NCBI GenBank assembly: GCA_020631955.1
Contig: JACKGL010000004.1
Span: forward strand, 25,811 to 89,810
Source of the DNA: Candidatus Nomurabacteria bacterium
Lineage (GTDB): Bacteria > Patescibacteriota > Minisyncoccia > Phycocordibacterales > UBA9973
Length of the DNA stretch: 64,000 nt
Direction of reading: 5' to 3'
Position 1 is the first letter of the stretch. Every line of letters starts with the position of its first letter. A model generated the notes under the pieces. It was not told where the DNA came from, ran no database searches, and saw nothing but the letters and a program-made list of their open reading frames with translations. The position numbers and the translations under genes are program-made. Shown here piece after piece: positions 40,228 to 50,623 of the stretch.

Positions 40228-40893
40228 TTAGTTATTATTATCTTCAAAAACTTCTCCCTTATAAATCCACACCTTTATACCGATATCACCGTAAGGTAGG
40301 CTAGCTCTTTCTCTTGCAAAATCAATATCAGCTCTAAAAGTCTGAAGAGGAATAGAACCTTTCTTGATTTCTTCTGTACGTGCCATATCTGCACCTCCTA
40401 GTCTTCCAGAAAGAAGTATTCTTACTCCTTCTACACCTCTAGTAGCCATAACCTTTTCTACCACTTGCTTTCCTACTCTTCTGAAAGGCATTCTTTTTTC
40501 TAGACCTTCAGCTACAGAATAAGCTACTATTCTTGCATCTGCATCTGGGTTATCTACTTCTACTATATCTACTTTTACTTCAGCGCTAGCTTCTAGGTTG
40601 TTTTTTCTGATGAATTTTTCTATATCAGCTTTTAGTTTTTGTGCACCTTCACCGCTTCTACCGATGATAACACCTGGTCTTGAAGTCTTTAGTATTATTC
40701 TAAGAGCTTTTTCACTTCTTTCTATTTCTACAAGAGAAACAAAAAGACCCTTTAGTCTCTTATCTAGAAACTTTCTAAGTTTTAGATCTGAAACTAAATT
40801 GTCCTTATATTTTGCACCAGAGAAAAACCACTTAGACTTCCAATCTCTAAGGATACCGATTCTATGTGAATATGGATGCACTACTTTTGTCAT
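40228..40893 (-). CDS. rpsC: 30S ribosomal protein S3
   Basis: KH domain plus S3-C (GRLGGADMARTE). Confidence 0.9.
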   Translation of the reverse strand: MTKVVHPYSHRIGILRDWKSKWFFSGAKYKDNLVSDLKLRKFLDKRLKGLFVSLVEIERSEKALRIILKTSRPGVIIGRSGEGAQKLKADIEKFIRKNNLEASAEVKVDIVEVDNPDADARIVAYSVAEGLEKRMPFRRVGKQVVEKVMATRGVEGVRILLSGRLGGADMARTEEIKKGSIPLQTFRADIDFARERASLPYGDIGIKVWIYKGEVFEDNNN

Positions 40894-40895
40894 GA

Positions 40896-41228
40896 TTATT
40901 TACTCTTTTCTTTTAGTTCTATTTTAATATGGCTTGATCTACGGTTTATAGGTGTAGCTGAACCTCTAGCTCTAGGCATTCTTCTTTTTAGAACAATACC
41001 TTTATCTACTGTTATGTTAGAGATAACTAGATCTTCTACATTTGCTTTGTTTGTACTTTTTGCGTTTGCTGCTGCTGATTCTATAAGTTTCTTTATAGGA
41101 AGAGATGCCCTTTTTGGTAGAAATGAAAGCTCAACAAGCGCCTGCTTTACAGTCTTACCCTTAACAAGGTCAGTAACTAATCTTACTTTTCTTGGTGATT
41201 GTCTGTAGTTTTTTAGGAAAGCTTTCAT
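40896..41228 (-). CDS. rplV: 50S ribosomal protein L22
   Basis: SPRKVRLVTDLVKGKTVKQAL. Confidence 0.85.
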   Translation of the reverse strand: MKAFLKNYRQSPRKVRLVTDLVKGKTVKQALVELSFLPKRASLPIKKLIESAAANAKSTNKANVEDLVISNITVDKGIVLKRRMPRARGSATPINRRSSHIKIELKEKSK

Positions 41229-41238
41229 ATATCAAATA

Positions 41239-41580
41239 TTATTTCTTAGTTTCTACAGAAGCCTTAGCTGCTTTTGCTGCTGCTATCTCAGACTCTTTCT
41301 TCTTTTGATCAAGTTCTTTCTGCATCTTACCTCCGTGTCTTTGGAATTTCTTTGTTGGTGAGAATTCTCCAAGTCTGTGTCCTACCATGTCTTCTGTTAC
41401 AAGTACCTCTAAATGATGACGTCCGTTGTGAACACCAAAAGTAAAACCTACCATTTCAGGTGATATCACAGCTGAGCGAGCCCAAGTCTTAATAACACCA
41501 GTTTCAAGTGGTTTTTTACCTTCTATTTTCTTGATGAGTCTATCATCTATATATGGTCCTTTATATGCTGATCGTGTCAT
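41239..41580 (-). CDS. rpsS: 30S ribosomal protein S19 (C-terminal extension)
   Basis: [18 protein letters not shown]. Confidence 0.9.
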   Translation of the reverse strand: MTRSAYKGPYIDDRLIKKIEGKKPLETGVIKTWARSAVISPEMVGFTFGVHNGRHHLEVLVTEDMVGHRLGEFSPTKKFQRHGGKMQKELDQKKKESEIAAAKAAKASVETKK

Positions 41581-41713
41581 AAAAAATCACGCCTTTTTTC
41601 AAAGGCTCTCGTATATTAACAAAATATAGAAATGTGTCAATACTATTTCTCTTAGAAACCTCTATATTTGACAGCTTATTCTACAGATGGTGTTGTATAA
41701 ATACTGGCTATAT

Positions 41714-44700
41714 TTAAGAGGTTTTTATCATGTCTTTTAGTTTACAGTATTTACAGTCTGGGTCGTCACAGTTCTTCCCTGCAAATACTGCATTTTGTAT
41801 CTCTGAAACTACGTTTATTATCAAGTCTTTTAGCTCTTTCACTTCTTCATCCTCTATGATAAATTCCTCTTTGTGAAACTTACCTTTTTCATCTGGTTGA
41901 ATAAAATCCAAAATACCACTTTGCATACTATACTTACCTTCTGCAAATTCATTTAATAAAAGTTTATAAAATATCAACTGACGATAATAAGCTCCATCAC
42001 TTCCTTTGTTTTTCCCCATGATATCGTTTCTGGTTTTTGGATAACCTGTCTTATAGTCCACCACTTTTACCTCATGGTCATCTATAAACTCCAGTTTATC
42101 TAATACACCTGTAAGTCTGACTTTGTTATCTAGTACTACACCATTTATCCTATACTCATTTATCACATTTGTATGGAAACTATCTTTGTAGTTATCAAAC
42201 CAAGCTCCTAACATTTCTACCCCTCTGCTTTCCAACTCTTCTATATCGTCTTTTCTCACTGATAGTTCGTGTAAATGCATAGTAAAACTTTTCTGCAGAT
42301 AATCTTTACCCACATCTTCATTTTTAACTGTATTGAAAAAATCTTCTAAGGCGTTGTGTACCGCACTACCAAATACCTGATGTTTTGACTGAGCGTGAGG
42401 TATACGTAGAAGATTTTCATAAAAAAACTTCCATGGACATGTAAGGTAATTATTCAAAGCTGTGGCAGACAAGCCTCTTTTGTCTAGCATGTAAGAAAGA
42501 AATTCAGGATCTAAAATATTGCTACTATTTACTTCTTCCTTACTAGAAACAAGCTCACCGAACTGGGAGATGTATTTTTCTTCTGTATCTTTTGAGTCTT
42601 TTAGACTTATCAGAGTGTTATCAATATCTGCTACATATGAGCTTGGCAACAAATCCCTGCCAGTGTCAGATAAAATACTGTAAGATATAACAACTTCTTT
42701 TTTTGCTCTAGTAAGAGCTACGTAGAAAAGACGTCTTTCGTCATCAAAGAGATTGGACGCATCATCTACTTCATCTTTTTTTGTAAACAAATATACAGAA
42801 GGTAGAAGCTTCAGTTTGTTTACTTCTCTTTTATCACCCCAGTTGCCGCTATAGCACTTGGTGATATATACCACTTCAAACTCAAGACCTTTCGATTTGT
42901 GAGCAGTCATGAGCCTGACACAACCAGGAAGATTGTTTTGATTTTTTCTTTTTATCATAAGACCGTGTTCTTTTACTGTCTCAAGATATCTAAATAGATC
43001 TCTAAGACTCGCATCATTTTTGGATGAGATTATTTTTTTGGCTTCATCAAAAAAAGCAGATATCTGGGCTAGTCTTTCATGAGAGTCGGTAGAGGATAAA
43101 ATATCATCTAAAATACCGCTATCTTTAAAAACAACTTCTAAGGTACTCAAGAGGTCGTTATTTTGAGAAAACGTTTTCCAAGAAGAAAACTTTTGTAAAA
43201 TACTGGACATGTCTTTAGCGTTAGAAATGTTTAGAGATTTTAAATGTTTATCTGGGTCTTCCAGCACGTCCCAAAAACTTATCTTCTTTTTATGAGAAGC
43301 TCCATATATAAATTTGTGTATAGAAAGTGGCGAAAGTCCAAATACGTCTACATGTAAAGCTTCAGCCAAAGCTTCATTGTCACCAAAACTGTCTATAGCC
43401 CTAAGGATAATCAAGAATTTTTTTACATCACTTTGAGAAAATAGGTCTTGGTCTGACTCTATCTTGTATTTTATACCCAGTTTACCGAGATACTTGGCGA
43501 AGATTTCCGAATCTCTATTATTCCTATATAAGACTGCTATTTCTTCTGGGTTGATACCTTGATCTATCTTTTCCTTTATATCAGAAGCCACAAAATAACC
43601 TTCTACGTCTTCACTAGAAAGTGCATATAAAGATATTGGTTTTTCTTCATAAGAGTTGTGAGATTTTAAACTCTCTTCTTGAGGTAATACAGAACTAGCG
43701 CTGTCTAATATGGTCTGACTAGATCTATAATTTATAGAAAGATTTATCAAAGTAGCGTTTTTGTACTTTTCTTTAAAATAATAAAAGTTTTCTATAGAAG
43801 CTCCTTGGAACCTAAATATGGCTTGCTTGTCATCACCAACAACAAAAATATTTGGGCTCTCGTGGAAGGAAAGAAGTTTTTCTATTATGGAGTTTTGAGC
43901 ATTATTTGAATCTTGATGTTCATCTACGAGTACATACTGATAATTCTCACCAAGTATCATTAGTAAGTTTTCATTTTCTTCTAAAGCTCCCAAAAGAGAC
44001 AAGAGCATATCTTCAAAATCATATTTTTTAGCAAGACTGAGTTCTTCCTCATATGAAAGATACACCAAAGAAAGATCTTTATTCTTTTCTATCATCTTCT
44101 GAAGATCTACATATACACCCTTCATCTTACCTTTATGCGCCCCCTTCTCGTGATATTTATCCAATATAGAGTCAAAATTTTTCTCTTCTTTCTCCACCAA
44201 AGAAGCAAATTTATGTGCGCTTATACCTTCTCTTTTTAATTCAGATATAGATGAAGATATATATCTTACATAATGATACTTATCACCAAACGGTTTGAGC
44301 AGACTAAGTGTGCTTTTATCTACTATGTTTTCTAGTAGAGATATTTTATCGACATCACTTATAGCAAAAGATCCTATTATTTTTGGAAAATATTCTGGAT
44401 AAGATTTGATAATATGTTCCGCGAAACCATGGAAAGTATGTATGTTTACTCGATAAGCAGCCGAGCCTATGATGGAAGAAAGTCTAGATCTCATGTTTGC
44501 AGCACCGCTTTCTGTAAAAGTAATAGCCAATATATTCTCAGGAGAAGTATCTGTTTTTGCTAGTATGTTTGCAATACGAAAAGTCAGAATCTGTGTTTTA
44601 CCTGTACCTGGCCCCGCCACAACCATAACAGGCCCTTCTATAGCCTCGACAGCCTTTAGCTGAGCAGGGTTGAGCTTCTCTTTTTCTGATTCAAATTTCT

Positions 44701-44719
44701 TATCTAGATTGGTAGGCAT
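41714..44719 (-). CDS. UvrD/Rep-family helicase fused to C-terminal RecB-like nuclease with Cys cluster (AddA/PcrA-nuclease-like)
   Basis: Walker A AGPGTGKTQ, UvrD motifs, C-terminal VDYKTG... and CDDPDCKYC. Confidence 0.75.
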   Translation of the reverse strand: MPTNLDKKFESEKEKLNPAQLKAVEAIEGPVMVVAGPGTGKTQILTFRIANILAKTDTSPENILAITFTESGAANMRSRLSSIIGSAAYRVNIHTFHGFAEHIIKSYPEYFPKIIGSFAISDVDKISLLENIVDKSTLSLLKPFGDKYHYVRYISSSISELKREGISAHKFASLVEKEEKNFDSILDKYHEKGAHKGKMKGVYVDLQKMIEKNKDLSLVYLSYEEELSLAKKYDFEDMLLSLLGALEENENLLMILGENYQYVLVDEHQDSNNAQNSIIEKLLSFHESPNIFVVGDDKQAIFRFQGASIENFYYFKEKYKNATLINLSINYRSSQTILDSASSVLPQEESLKSHNSYEEKPISLYALSSEDVEGYFVASDIKEKIDQGINPEEIAVLYRNNRDSEIFAKYLGKLGIKYKIESDQDLFSQSDVKKFLIILRAIDSFGDNEALAEALHVDVFGLSPLSIHKFIYGASHKKKISFWDVLEDPDKHLKSLNISNAKDMSSILQKFSSWKTFSQNNDLLSTLEVVFKDSGILDDILSSTDSHERLAQISAFFDEAKKIISSKNDASLRDLFRYLETVKEHGLMIKRKNQNNLPGCVRLMTAHKSKGLEFEVVYITKCYSGNWGDKREVNKLKLLPSVYLFTKKDEVDDASNLFDDERRLFYVALTRAKKEVVISYSILSDTGRDLLPSSYVADIDNTLISLKDSKDTEEKYISQFGELVSSKEEVNSSNILDPEFLSYMLDKRGLSATALNNYLTCPWKFFYENLLRIPHAQSKHQVFGSAVHNALEDFFNTVKNEDVGKDYLQKSFTMHLHELSVRKDDIEELESRGVEMLGAWFDNYKDSFHTNVINEYRINGVVLDNKVRLTGVLDKLEFIDDHEVKVVDYKTGYPKTRNDIMGKNKGSDGAYYRQLIFYKLLLNEFAEGKYSMQSGILDFIQPDEKGKFHKEEFIIEDEEVKELKDLIINVVSEIQNAVFAGKNCDDPDCKYCKLKDMIKTS

Positions 44720-44763
44720 AATATAAAGTATACAAAAAAGACCGCAGATTGTCTCTTTGGTCT

Positions 44764-45546
44764 TTATTCTGCGGCATTGAGCTCTATAGGTCTTTCTTGA
44801 GGAAGATCAGGTTGAGTGCCATGATAATCCTTGTAGAGTTGGTCATAAGTATATGCTAGAGCAATAAAAGTAAGGGGTAAAGAAAACACCAGTCCAACAA
44901 AGAAGATCATCATTCCGATAATATTTACCAACACAATAGCGAGAATAAGTACAAATATACTTACTGCTTTTCTGCGTGTAATCTTAAATGACTCTTTCAA
45001 CGCTTTTATGCCCCAAATATTTTGATCAATTACAACGAATTGGTAAAAATAAACTCTAGTAGAGTAAAGTATGATAAGTATAAAAAGTGATATAAAAGCC
45101 AGTATTAAAGGAAGGATGTACTGTGCTAAAACACTTGGGTCTATAATAGAAGCTATAATAATGTTAAACGCATTACCCAAAACTAAAAATAGTGTACCTA
45201 GAACAACCCCGAAAAGTACTACTATAGGTAAAGCGTACAGTATAGCTGTACCAAGAATTTTCAAAAAATATTTAGGCTGCCAAAAATCTGAGAAAGAAAT
45301 AGTATCTCCTCTTACTAACTTCAAACTAGCGTTTACCACACCTATAATTATGATGAACTGGATAATAGACCACATGAAGTTGACCAGGTTTTCCAAAGAA
45401 GAAGTATTTTTGCCATCTTCTCCTCCTACTATGGCACTCATTATCAAAACAAAAGCAAAGACAGGTATGAGTTTCTTCCAGTTAGAAACAAAAATATTCC
45501 AGGAAACGTCAAATATTTTACCTATCTTTATGTTGTTATCTCCCAT
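44764..45546 (-). CDS. polytopic integral membrane protein
   Basis: About six hydrophobic helices; no catalytic motif. Confidence 0.4.
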   Translation of the reverse strand: MGDNNIKIGKIFDVSWNIFVSNWKKLIPVFAFVLIMSAIVGGEDGKNTSSLENLVNFMWSIIQFIIIIGVVNASLKLVRGDTISFSDFWQPKYFLKILGTAILYALPIVVLFGVVLGTLFLVLGNAFNIIIASIIDPSVLAQYILPLILAFISLFILIILYSTRVYFYQFVVIDQNIWGIKALKESFKITRRKAVSIFVLILAIVLVNIIGMMIFFVGLVFSLPLTFIALAYTYDQLYKDYHGTQPDLPQERPIELNAAE

Positions 45547-45581
45547 ATCCTCATTATACCAAATATTGCCACCAATAAAAA

Positions 45582-46160
45582 TTAGCTGATTTTACCCTTA
45601 TAAAGAAAGCATTCTTTCGTGTGATCATCTACCATACCTATACCCTGCATAAATGCATAGCACATCACAGGGCCTGTAAACCGGAACCCTCGCTTTTTAA
45701 GATCTTTAGACATTTTTGTAGAAAGATCTGTTTTACTAGGGAGAGATTTGTGGTTTTTAAAGTTGTTCTTTATAACCTTACCACCTGTATATTTCCAAAA
45801 GTATTTCGTGGCACTTCCAAACTCTTTTTGAAGATCTAAAAAAGCTTTTGCGTTTTCTATAGTGGCTCTTACCTTTCCTTCGTGTCTTATTATTCCACTA
45901 TCCTTCATAAGCCTTTTCACATCTTTTTGTGTCATTTTTGATATTTTTTTTGGATCAAAGTTATAAAAAGCCCTAGCAAAGTTATCTCTCTTGTGCAGTA
46001 TAGTAGACCATGAAAGTCCTGCCTGGTTCGTATCTAAAACTATGGCTTCAAATATTTCTACATCTTTCTTTTTTGGTTTACCCCAAACACGGTCATGATA
46101 CTCTTGCATTAAAACATCATCCCCATCAGCCCAAACACATCTTTTTATTTCTCTAGCCAT
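45582..46160 (-). CDS. tag: DNA-3-methyladenine glycosylase I
   Basis: RCVWADGDDVLMQEYHDRVWGKP...QAGLSWSTILHKR. Confidence 0.8.
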   Translation of the reverse strand: MAREIKRCVWADGDDVLMQEYHDRVWGKPKKKDVEIFEAIVLDTNQAGLSWSTILHKRDNFARAFYNFDPKKISKMTQKDVKRLMKDSGIIRHEGKVRATIENAKAFLDLQKEFGSATKYFWKYTGGKVIKNNFKNHKSLPSKTDLSTKMSKDLKKRGFRFTGPVMCYAFMQGIGMVDDHTKECFLYKGKIS

Positions 46161-46599
46161 TTAAAACCTGATTAAAATCATCTGAATCATAATATTGTGT
46201 ACCATTTTTATAAGCCAAGAAACTTACCTGAGATTGCGGAAATAAAGGTGTAGGTAAATCCTCTGGATCAAACCAGTCCCAACTTTCACATTTATCTGGT
46301 TCTCGTATTTCTGGTTCGCCACTTTCCCAGTCAGCAGCTAGAGTGATGTGCAAATAATGTTTTGGGTCAAAAATCTTCACATTGGCAACATATACAAATC
46401 TAAGATTTTTTATCTTTAAACCACATTCTTCTTCCAGTTCTCTTTTTACGCAATCAGTAAAAGATTCCATATACTCCATGTGACCCCCTGGAAAGGCATA
46501 AGTACCTTCTCCATGAGAGCCTTTTCTTTTACCTAGAAGAACTTTTCCATCTTTCCAGATCATTACTCCAATACCGACTTTTGTAATATTATTTTCCAT
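46153..46599 (-). CDS. NUDIX hydrolase
   Basis: Nudix box GGHMEYMESFTDCVKRELEEECGL. Confidence 0.75.
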   Translation of the reverse strand: MENNITKVGIGVMIWKDGKVLLGKRKGSHGEGTYAFPGGHMEYMESFTDCVKRELEEECGLKIKNLRFVYVANVKIFDPKHYLHITLAADWESGEPEIREPDKCESWDWFDPEDLPTPLFPQSQVSFLAYKNGTQYYDSDDFNQVLNG

Positions 46600-46867
46600 C
46601 TTCTCTTCTTTTTATTGGCTTATTATTCCACTGCCAACGTGGTTTTTCTCCTTTCCAATAACATATACCTACAAGTATAAACATAAATACAAAAAGCCAT
46701 AGCAAAAATGGTCTAAGTGTATCCGATCCTGAGTGACTATTTTGGTCTATTTTTAAAAATATTTTTACCACCGCAAATGTCCACACAACAAGTACTACCC
46801 ATCCTTCCCAGGTAGATGGATACCATCCCCAACCAAAATATTTTCTTTTAAACCAATATCTTTTCAT
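46589..46867 (-). CDS. small membrane protein
   Basis: Two hydrophobic helices. Confidence 0.3.
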   Translation of the reverse strand: MKRYWFKRKYFGWGWYPSTWEGWVVLVVWTFAVVKIFLKIDQNSHSGSDTLRPFLLWLFVFMFILVGICYWKGEKPRWQWNNKPIKRREDGK

Positions 46868-46870
46868 TTT

Positions 46871-47281
46871 TTAAAAAGCTCCAATTATAAGAGCAAATAC
46901 TATTATTGAAACCAACTGAAATCCAGCACTAGTGAGAAACATGGCCCAAGTAAGTTTGCGTGACTTGCCGCTCCACATAGCTATACCTGCTACTGTCGGC
47001 ATAATAAAACCTAACCAAATACCGAAAGCTACGTGTATAGGATCCGATATACCTAGGTCTAAGAAAAATTTAAGTATCCAAACTTGCAATATAATAAGCA
47101 GGAACTGAAGTATGTATGTGGGCATCATTTTCTTATTCATCTCTTTCATTTCTTCTTTTGTAGGTTTAGGTCCATCATGTCCCATTACTCTCATCCACAC
47201 TTTCCCAAAAAGTGGACCATACCATATAAAACCCACAACCATACCAGCTATAGCGCAAAATAAAATAGTTAGAAAATTCAT
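46871..47281 (-). CDS. DUF1761-like membrane protein
   Basis: FIWYGPLFGKVW signature. Confidence 0.5.
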   Translation of the reverse strand: MNFLTILFCAIAGMVVGFIWYGPLFGKVWMRVMGHDGPKPTKEEMKEMNKKMMPTYILQFLLIILQVWILKFFLDLGISDPIHVAFGIWLGFIMPTVAGIAMWSGKSRKLTWAMFLTSAGFQLVSIIVFALIIGAF

Positions 47282-47365
47282 ATTATTAGATAAATTAATA
47301 TTAATATATCTATTATACCAATATTAAAAAAATAAAAAAAAGGCCTGGGAAAGACCTTTGTATAT

Positions 47366-47740
47366 TTAAACCATATCGATACACCTTGTATCTGAGTACC
47401 GTGAAAGTACAAAAGATGCCAATATGTAGTTCGTAAAACCTATCACAGACAGAATACCACCTATATGCAAAAAATAGTTCCAGTCGCTAAACTGTAGACC
47501 AAACAAAGCAAGATTTATTTGCATACTAGGGTACAAAGACATACATGTCGGCAACACTATCGAGAGAACATTTATTTCTCTTTTTCTTACATCCTCACTT
47601 CTCAGTAGAGAATAAAATATATTTGCTGAAAAGATCGAGAATATGAATCCGACCAATATCATTATGATACTAGCCAGACTTTGCATAAAAACCAGTAGCA
47701 AGTACTGCAAAACGAGTATAAGTACGACAGTTATATCCAT
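47366..47740 (-). CDS. small integral membrane protein
   Basis: Four hydrophobic segments. Confidence 0.3.
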   Translation of the reverse strand: MDITVVLILVLQYLLLVFMQSLASIIMILVGFIFSIFSANIFYSLLRSEDVRKREINVLSIVLPTCMSLYPSMQINLALFGLQFSDWNYFLHIGGILSVIGFTNYILASFVLSRYSDTRCIDMV

Positions 47741-47797
47741 GGGTAAACTTTTATACTATTATACACATACTGTATTTATAGTAAAATCCAGTTTGAG

Positions 47798-48553
47798 TTA
47801 TTTGGCATTTTCTTTTTCAAAGAAAATATTGCCGTTTATATACTGATAGACAAAACTTTCTGAGTACTGTACATGCCCGTCTTCATATACGCAATACAGA
47901 GTGTCATTTAATGTATCTACATAGATAAGCAAAGGATAAAAACTTCCACCGAGTTCTGGTACGTTCGATACTAAAGTATCAAAACTTGCCATAAATGTAT
48001 CTGTGGCTTTTTGTCTCTCGTACACGTAGTCGCAATCTATTTTCGGTAAAATAATATTTGGTGTCACAAAATCAAAGTCCGATATGCTTTTATCAAGTGT
48101 GTCTTGGTTTTCAAAAACTTTCGCGTCGCTAGGACCAAAAACAATAACTATATTCTCTTCATAAGTATCACCTTCCGCATAAGCTGTCCATGTGCCTGTA
48201 AAAATACTCCTGTTAGATGTGTCATCTTTTGTTATTGTCCCTTGTATGTTGCCAGTCTTTGTATCTTTTTGACTCGGCATATAGGAAAGTTCACCTGTGA
48301 CGTCGTTACCTACAGTATTCATCACGAGAGTGTAATAGTCTCTGTAGTTTATATCCATAAGCTTGTACTCACTCACAAACTGTTGTTCATAGCAGTATTC
48401 TGCGGTCTGACTTTCAAAAGGTATATTTTGATTTAGAGCATCTTTTTGATTGTATAGATACACTATATAAGAAACCCCTGCGAGTATAGAGAAAGCTATT
48501 ATGATCTTCAAAAAAAATACAAATGAGTTTCTATGTTCTTCCATATTTCTCAT
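47798..48553 (-). CDS. hypothetical membrane-anchored/secreted protein
   Basis: N-terminal TM anchor. Confidence 0.35.
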   Translation of the reverse strand: MRNMEEHRNSFVFFLKIIIAFSILAGVSYIVYLYNQKDALNQNIPFESQTAEYCYEQQFVSEYKLMDINYRDYYTLVMNTVGNDVTGELSYMPSQKDTKTGNIQGTITKDDTSNRSIFTGTWTAYAEGDTYEENIVIVFGPSDAKVFENQDTLDKSISDFDFVTPNIILPKIDCDYVYERQKATDTFMASFDTLVSNVPELGGSFYPLLIYVDTLNDTLYCVYEDGHVQYSESFVYQYINGNIFFEKENAK

Positions 48554-48566
48554 TATAACACCATTA

Positions 48567-48866
48567 CTAAGAAATGATATCTATAGTAAAAGTCACCTCC
48601 TCTCCTTCACCAAAACCTTCTTCTTTTCTGACTTTTGCTTTAACTGGTAGCAGATAAGGTCCATCTTTTTGAGGAAATATACTAGTTTCCCAAACAGTCT
48701 TGCCTATAGTCACTTTTACAGGTAAAGAGCCAAAACCTTTGCGTAAATGTGAAAAATCTTTTTTTATTTTATCTGAAATATTTTTATCTACCGAGAGAAA
48801 ATACCAAGCCGCTGTTTCTGATGGATATCTCCAAAGTGTAGATTTTAGACGGTAGGTACTTTTCAT
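48567..48866 (-). CDS. DUF1905-like protein
   Basis: WYFLSV...LPVKVTIGKTVWETSIFPQKDGPYLLPVK pattern. Confidence 0.5.
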   Translation of the reverse strand: MKSTYRLKSTLWRYPSETAAWYFLSVDKNISDKIKKDFSHLRKGFGSLPVKVTIGKTVWETSIFPQKDGPYLLPVKAKVRKEEGFGEGEEVTFTIDIIS

Positions 48867-48879
48867 AAAATATTATTTT

Positions 48880-49455
48880 CTAAATAGAATTTAAAAATCT
48901 TTGTCTATATTCTTGGTTATACTTCAGCTTAAGAATATATGGTGCCAAAGTTTTATTTTTAGCGTTTTCATTATCTAGAAAATCCAAAAACTCATCGAAT
49001 GGAATGAGAACATTTTCTATTTTTTCTCCAGGGTCATCAGCTATATCAGCTACTTTCTTACAACCTTTCGCCAATATAATATATGCATCATATATAAACA
49101 TTCCTCTAGAATGTATCACATCAAACACTTCTATACTTTTGGCTTGCATACCAGCTTCTTCTAAAAGTTCTATTTTAGCTCTTTCTATTGGATCTTCATC
49201 AAAAGTCTCCAGTCTTCCAGCAATATTAGAATTGAAATAACCACTGTCCCCTGGCTGCATGTTTCTTTGAGCCACATAATGGCCGTCTTCTGTGATAGCA
49301 ATAATAAGCACGTAGCCTACATGTTCTACAGCTTCAAACTCTCTAAAAGTCCCATCAAAGAGTTCTTGTTGCCAAGTGTAAGCACGAAAGTATTTGGATT
49401 CGTATACTTTCTTTGCGTTGTCGGGTACTTTGTTACTCATCTTTTTTTTCTTCAC
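48880..49455 (-). CDS. NUDIX-like hydrolase (ADP-ribose pyrophosphatase-like)
   Basis: Degenerate Nudix box AGRLETFDEDPIERAKIELLEEAG. Confidence 0.5.
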   Translation of the reverse strand: MKKKKMSNKVPDNAKKVYESKYFRAYTWQQELFDGTFREFEAVEHVGYVLIIAITEDGHYVAQRNMQPGDSGYFNSNIAGRLETFDEDPIERAKIELLEEAGMQAKSIEVFDVIHSRGMFIYDAYIILAKGCKKVADIADDPGEKIENVLIPFDEFLDFLDNENAKNKTLAPYILKLKYNQEYRQRFLNSI

Positions 49456-49837
49456 TTGAGAAATCTAAAGAGCATGAGTTGATACAATAATGTTTGCCTG
49501 TGTTCGTATCATCCGGAAAGATATGCCCTAGATGAGATCCGCACTTAGCACAAGTGACTTCTGTTCTTTGCATACCCATACTGTTATCTTCTTGAAAATT
49601 CACACTACCAGGTATAGCGTCTTCGAAAGCTGGCCACCCGCGAAGACCTAAAGGTCCTTCTTTTGAGTTGAGTTTTACGTTGGATTCAAAAAGTGGAGAC
49701 CCACAAACCTTGCACATATACTTACCTCCCTCATGATGATCCCAGTATGCACCAGAATAAGGAGCTTCTGTACCACCTTCTTGTGTCACCTTGTATTCTT
49801 CGTTTGATAATTTGTTTTTTAGTTCTTCTTTATCCAT
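49433..49837 (-). CDS. msrB: peptide-methionine (R)-S-oxide reductase
   Basis: Two CxxC pairs plus RTEVTCAKCGSHLGHIF. Confidence 0.85.
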   Translation of the reverse strand: MDKEELKNKLSNEEYKVTQEGGTEAPYSGAYWDHHEGGKYMCKVCGSPLFESNVKLNSKEGPLGLRGWPAFEDAIPGSVNFQEDNSMGMQRTEVTCAKCGSHLGHIFPDDTNTGKHYCINSCSLDFSSEEKKDE

Positions 49838-49872
49838 AACTATAATATTATAAAGTTTTTTATGATGAAAAT

Positions 49873-49905
49873 GAAGCGGGGCGACCCTTGGCCGCCCCGC
49901 GCTCT
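49873..49905 (-). terminator. GC-rich terminator hairpin after DoxX-like gene
   Basis: gcggggcgacccttggccgccccgc. Confidence 0.4.
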
Positions 49906-49923
49906 TCTACAATCTAGCTAAAA

Positions 49924-50532
49924 CTATTTACCTTCGTGACCAGTACATCCACCTTTGCAACCTTCGCAGTTGTCACACTTACCACCACATTCCTTACAAT
50001 CACAGCTACCGCAGTCACACTTACCTTCACCACAACCACAAGATCCAGCACAGCCTTTACACATTCCTTCTTTACAATCTGACTTGTCGCAACATTTGCC
50101 ACACCCACATCTTATAGCCATATCTCCAGGTCCTGTCATAGCCATACCAAAAGCTACTAACATAAGTATGAAATCTAGTTCAAAAGCTCCGAAACCTACT
50201 CCACCTCTACCTTTTACAAGCACGATAGAGAAGAACATGATAGTAGCTAGTATCACACCAGCTACATGAGTCCAAAGACCAAAAAGCATAAGTCCCCCAG
50301 AGACAACTTCCAATATAGATACCAACCAAGCAAAGAATGCTCCAAGTCCAAAAGAAGCAAAGAAAGCTATAGTGCCTTCTATGTTTGAAAGCTTTTGTAT
50401 ACCATGAAAAATAAACACACTAGCTAAAGCTAGTCTGATAAGTAGCAAACCAAAAGCAGGATTACAGCTTTCTGTCAGCCCAACTTTTGAGAAGCACTTA
50501 CAAGTACCGTTTTTACAATTACACATAAACAC
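49924..50532 (-). CDS. DoxX-family membrane protein with metallothionein-like Cys-rich C-terminal tail
   Basis: DoxX-like 4-TM core (LLLIRLALASVFIFHG...) then ~60 aa with about 20 Cys in CxC/CxxC arrays. Confidence 0.6.
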   Translation of the reverse strand: MFMCNCKNGTCKCFSKVGLTESCNPAFGLLLIRLALASVFIFHGIQKLSNIEGTIAFFASFGLGAFFAWLVSILEVVSGGLMLFGLWTHVAGVILATIMFFSIVLVKGRGGVGFGAFELDFILMLVAFGMAMTGPGDMAIRCGCGKCCDKSDCKEGMCKGCAGSCGCGEGKCDCGSCDCKECGGKCDNCEGCKGGCTGHEGK

Positions 50533-50623
50533 AAATAATAAACTAATAAATTTGTACTTAAATTATACAAAATAATACAAATTATACAAAATAAAAAAGA
50601 GGACACGGAGTCCCCTTTTATAA

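Noticed and set aside
49914-50269. ORFs 49914..50108 (-) and 49955..50269 (+) overlapping the Cys-rich tail of the DoxX gene
   Set aside because: They are alternative frames of the repetitive Cys-codon region. The DoxX reading frame is continuous and consistent.
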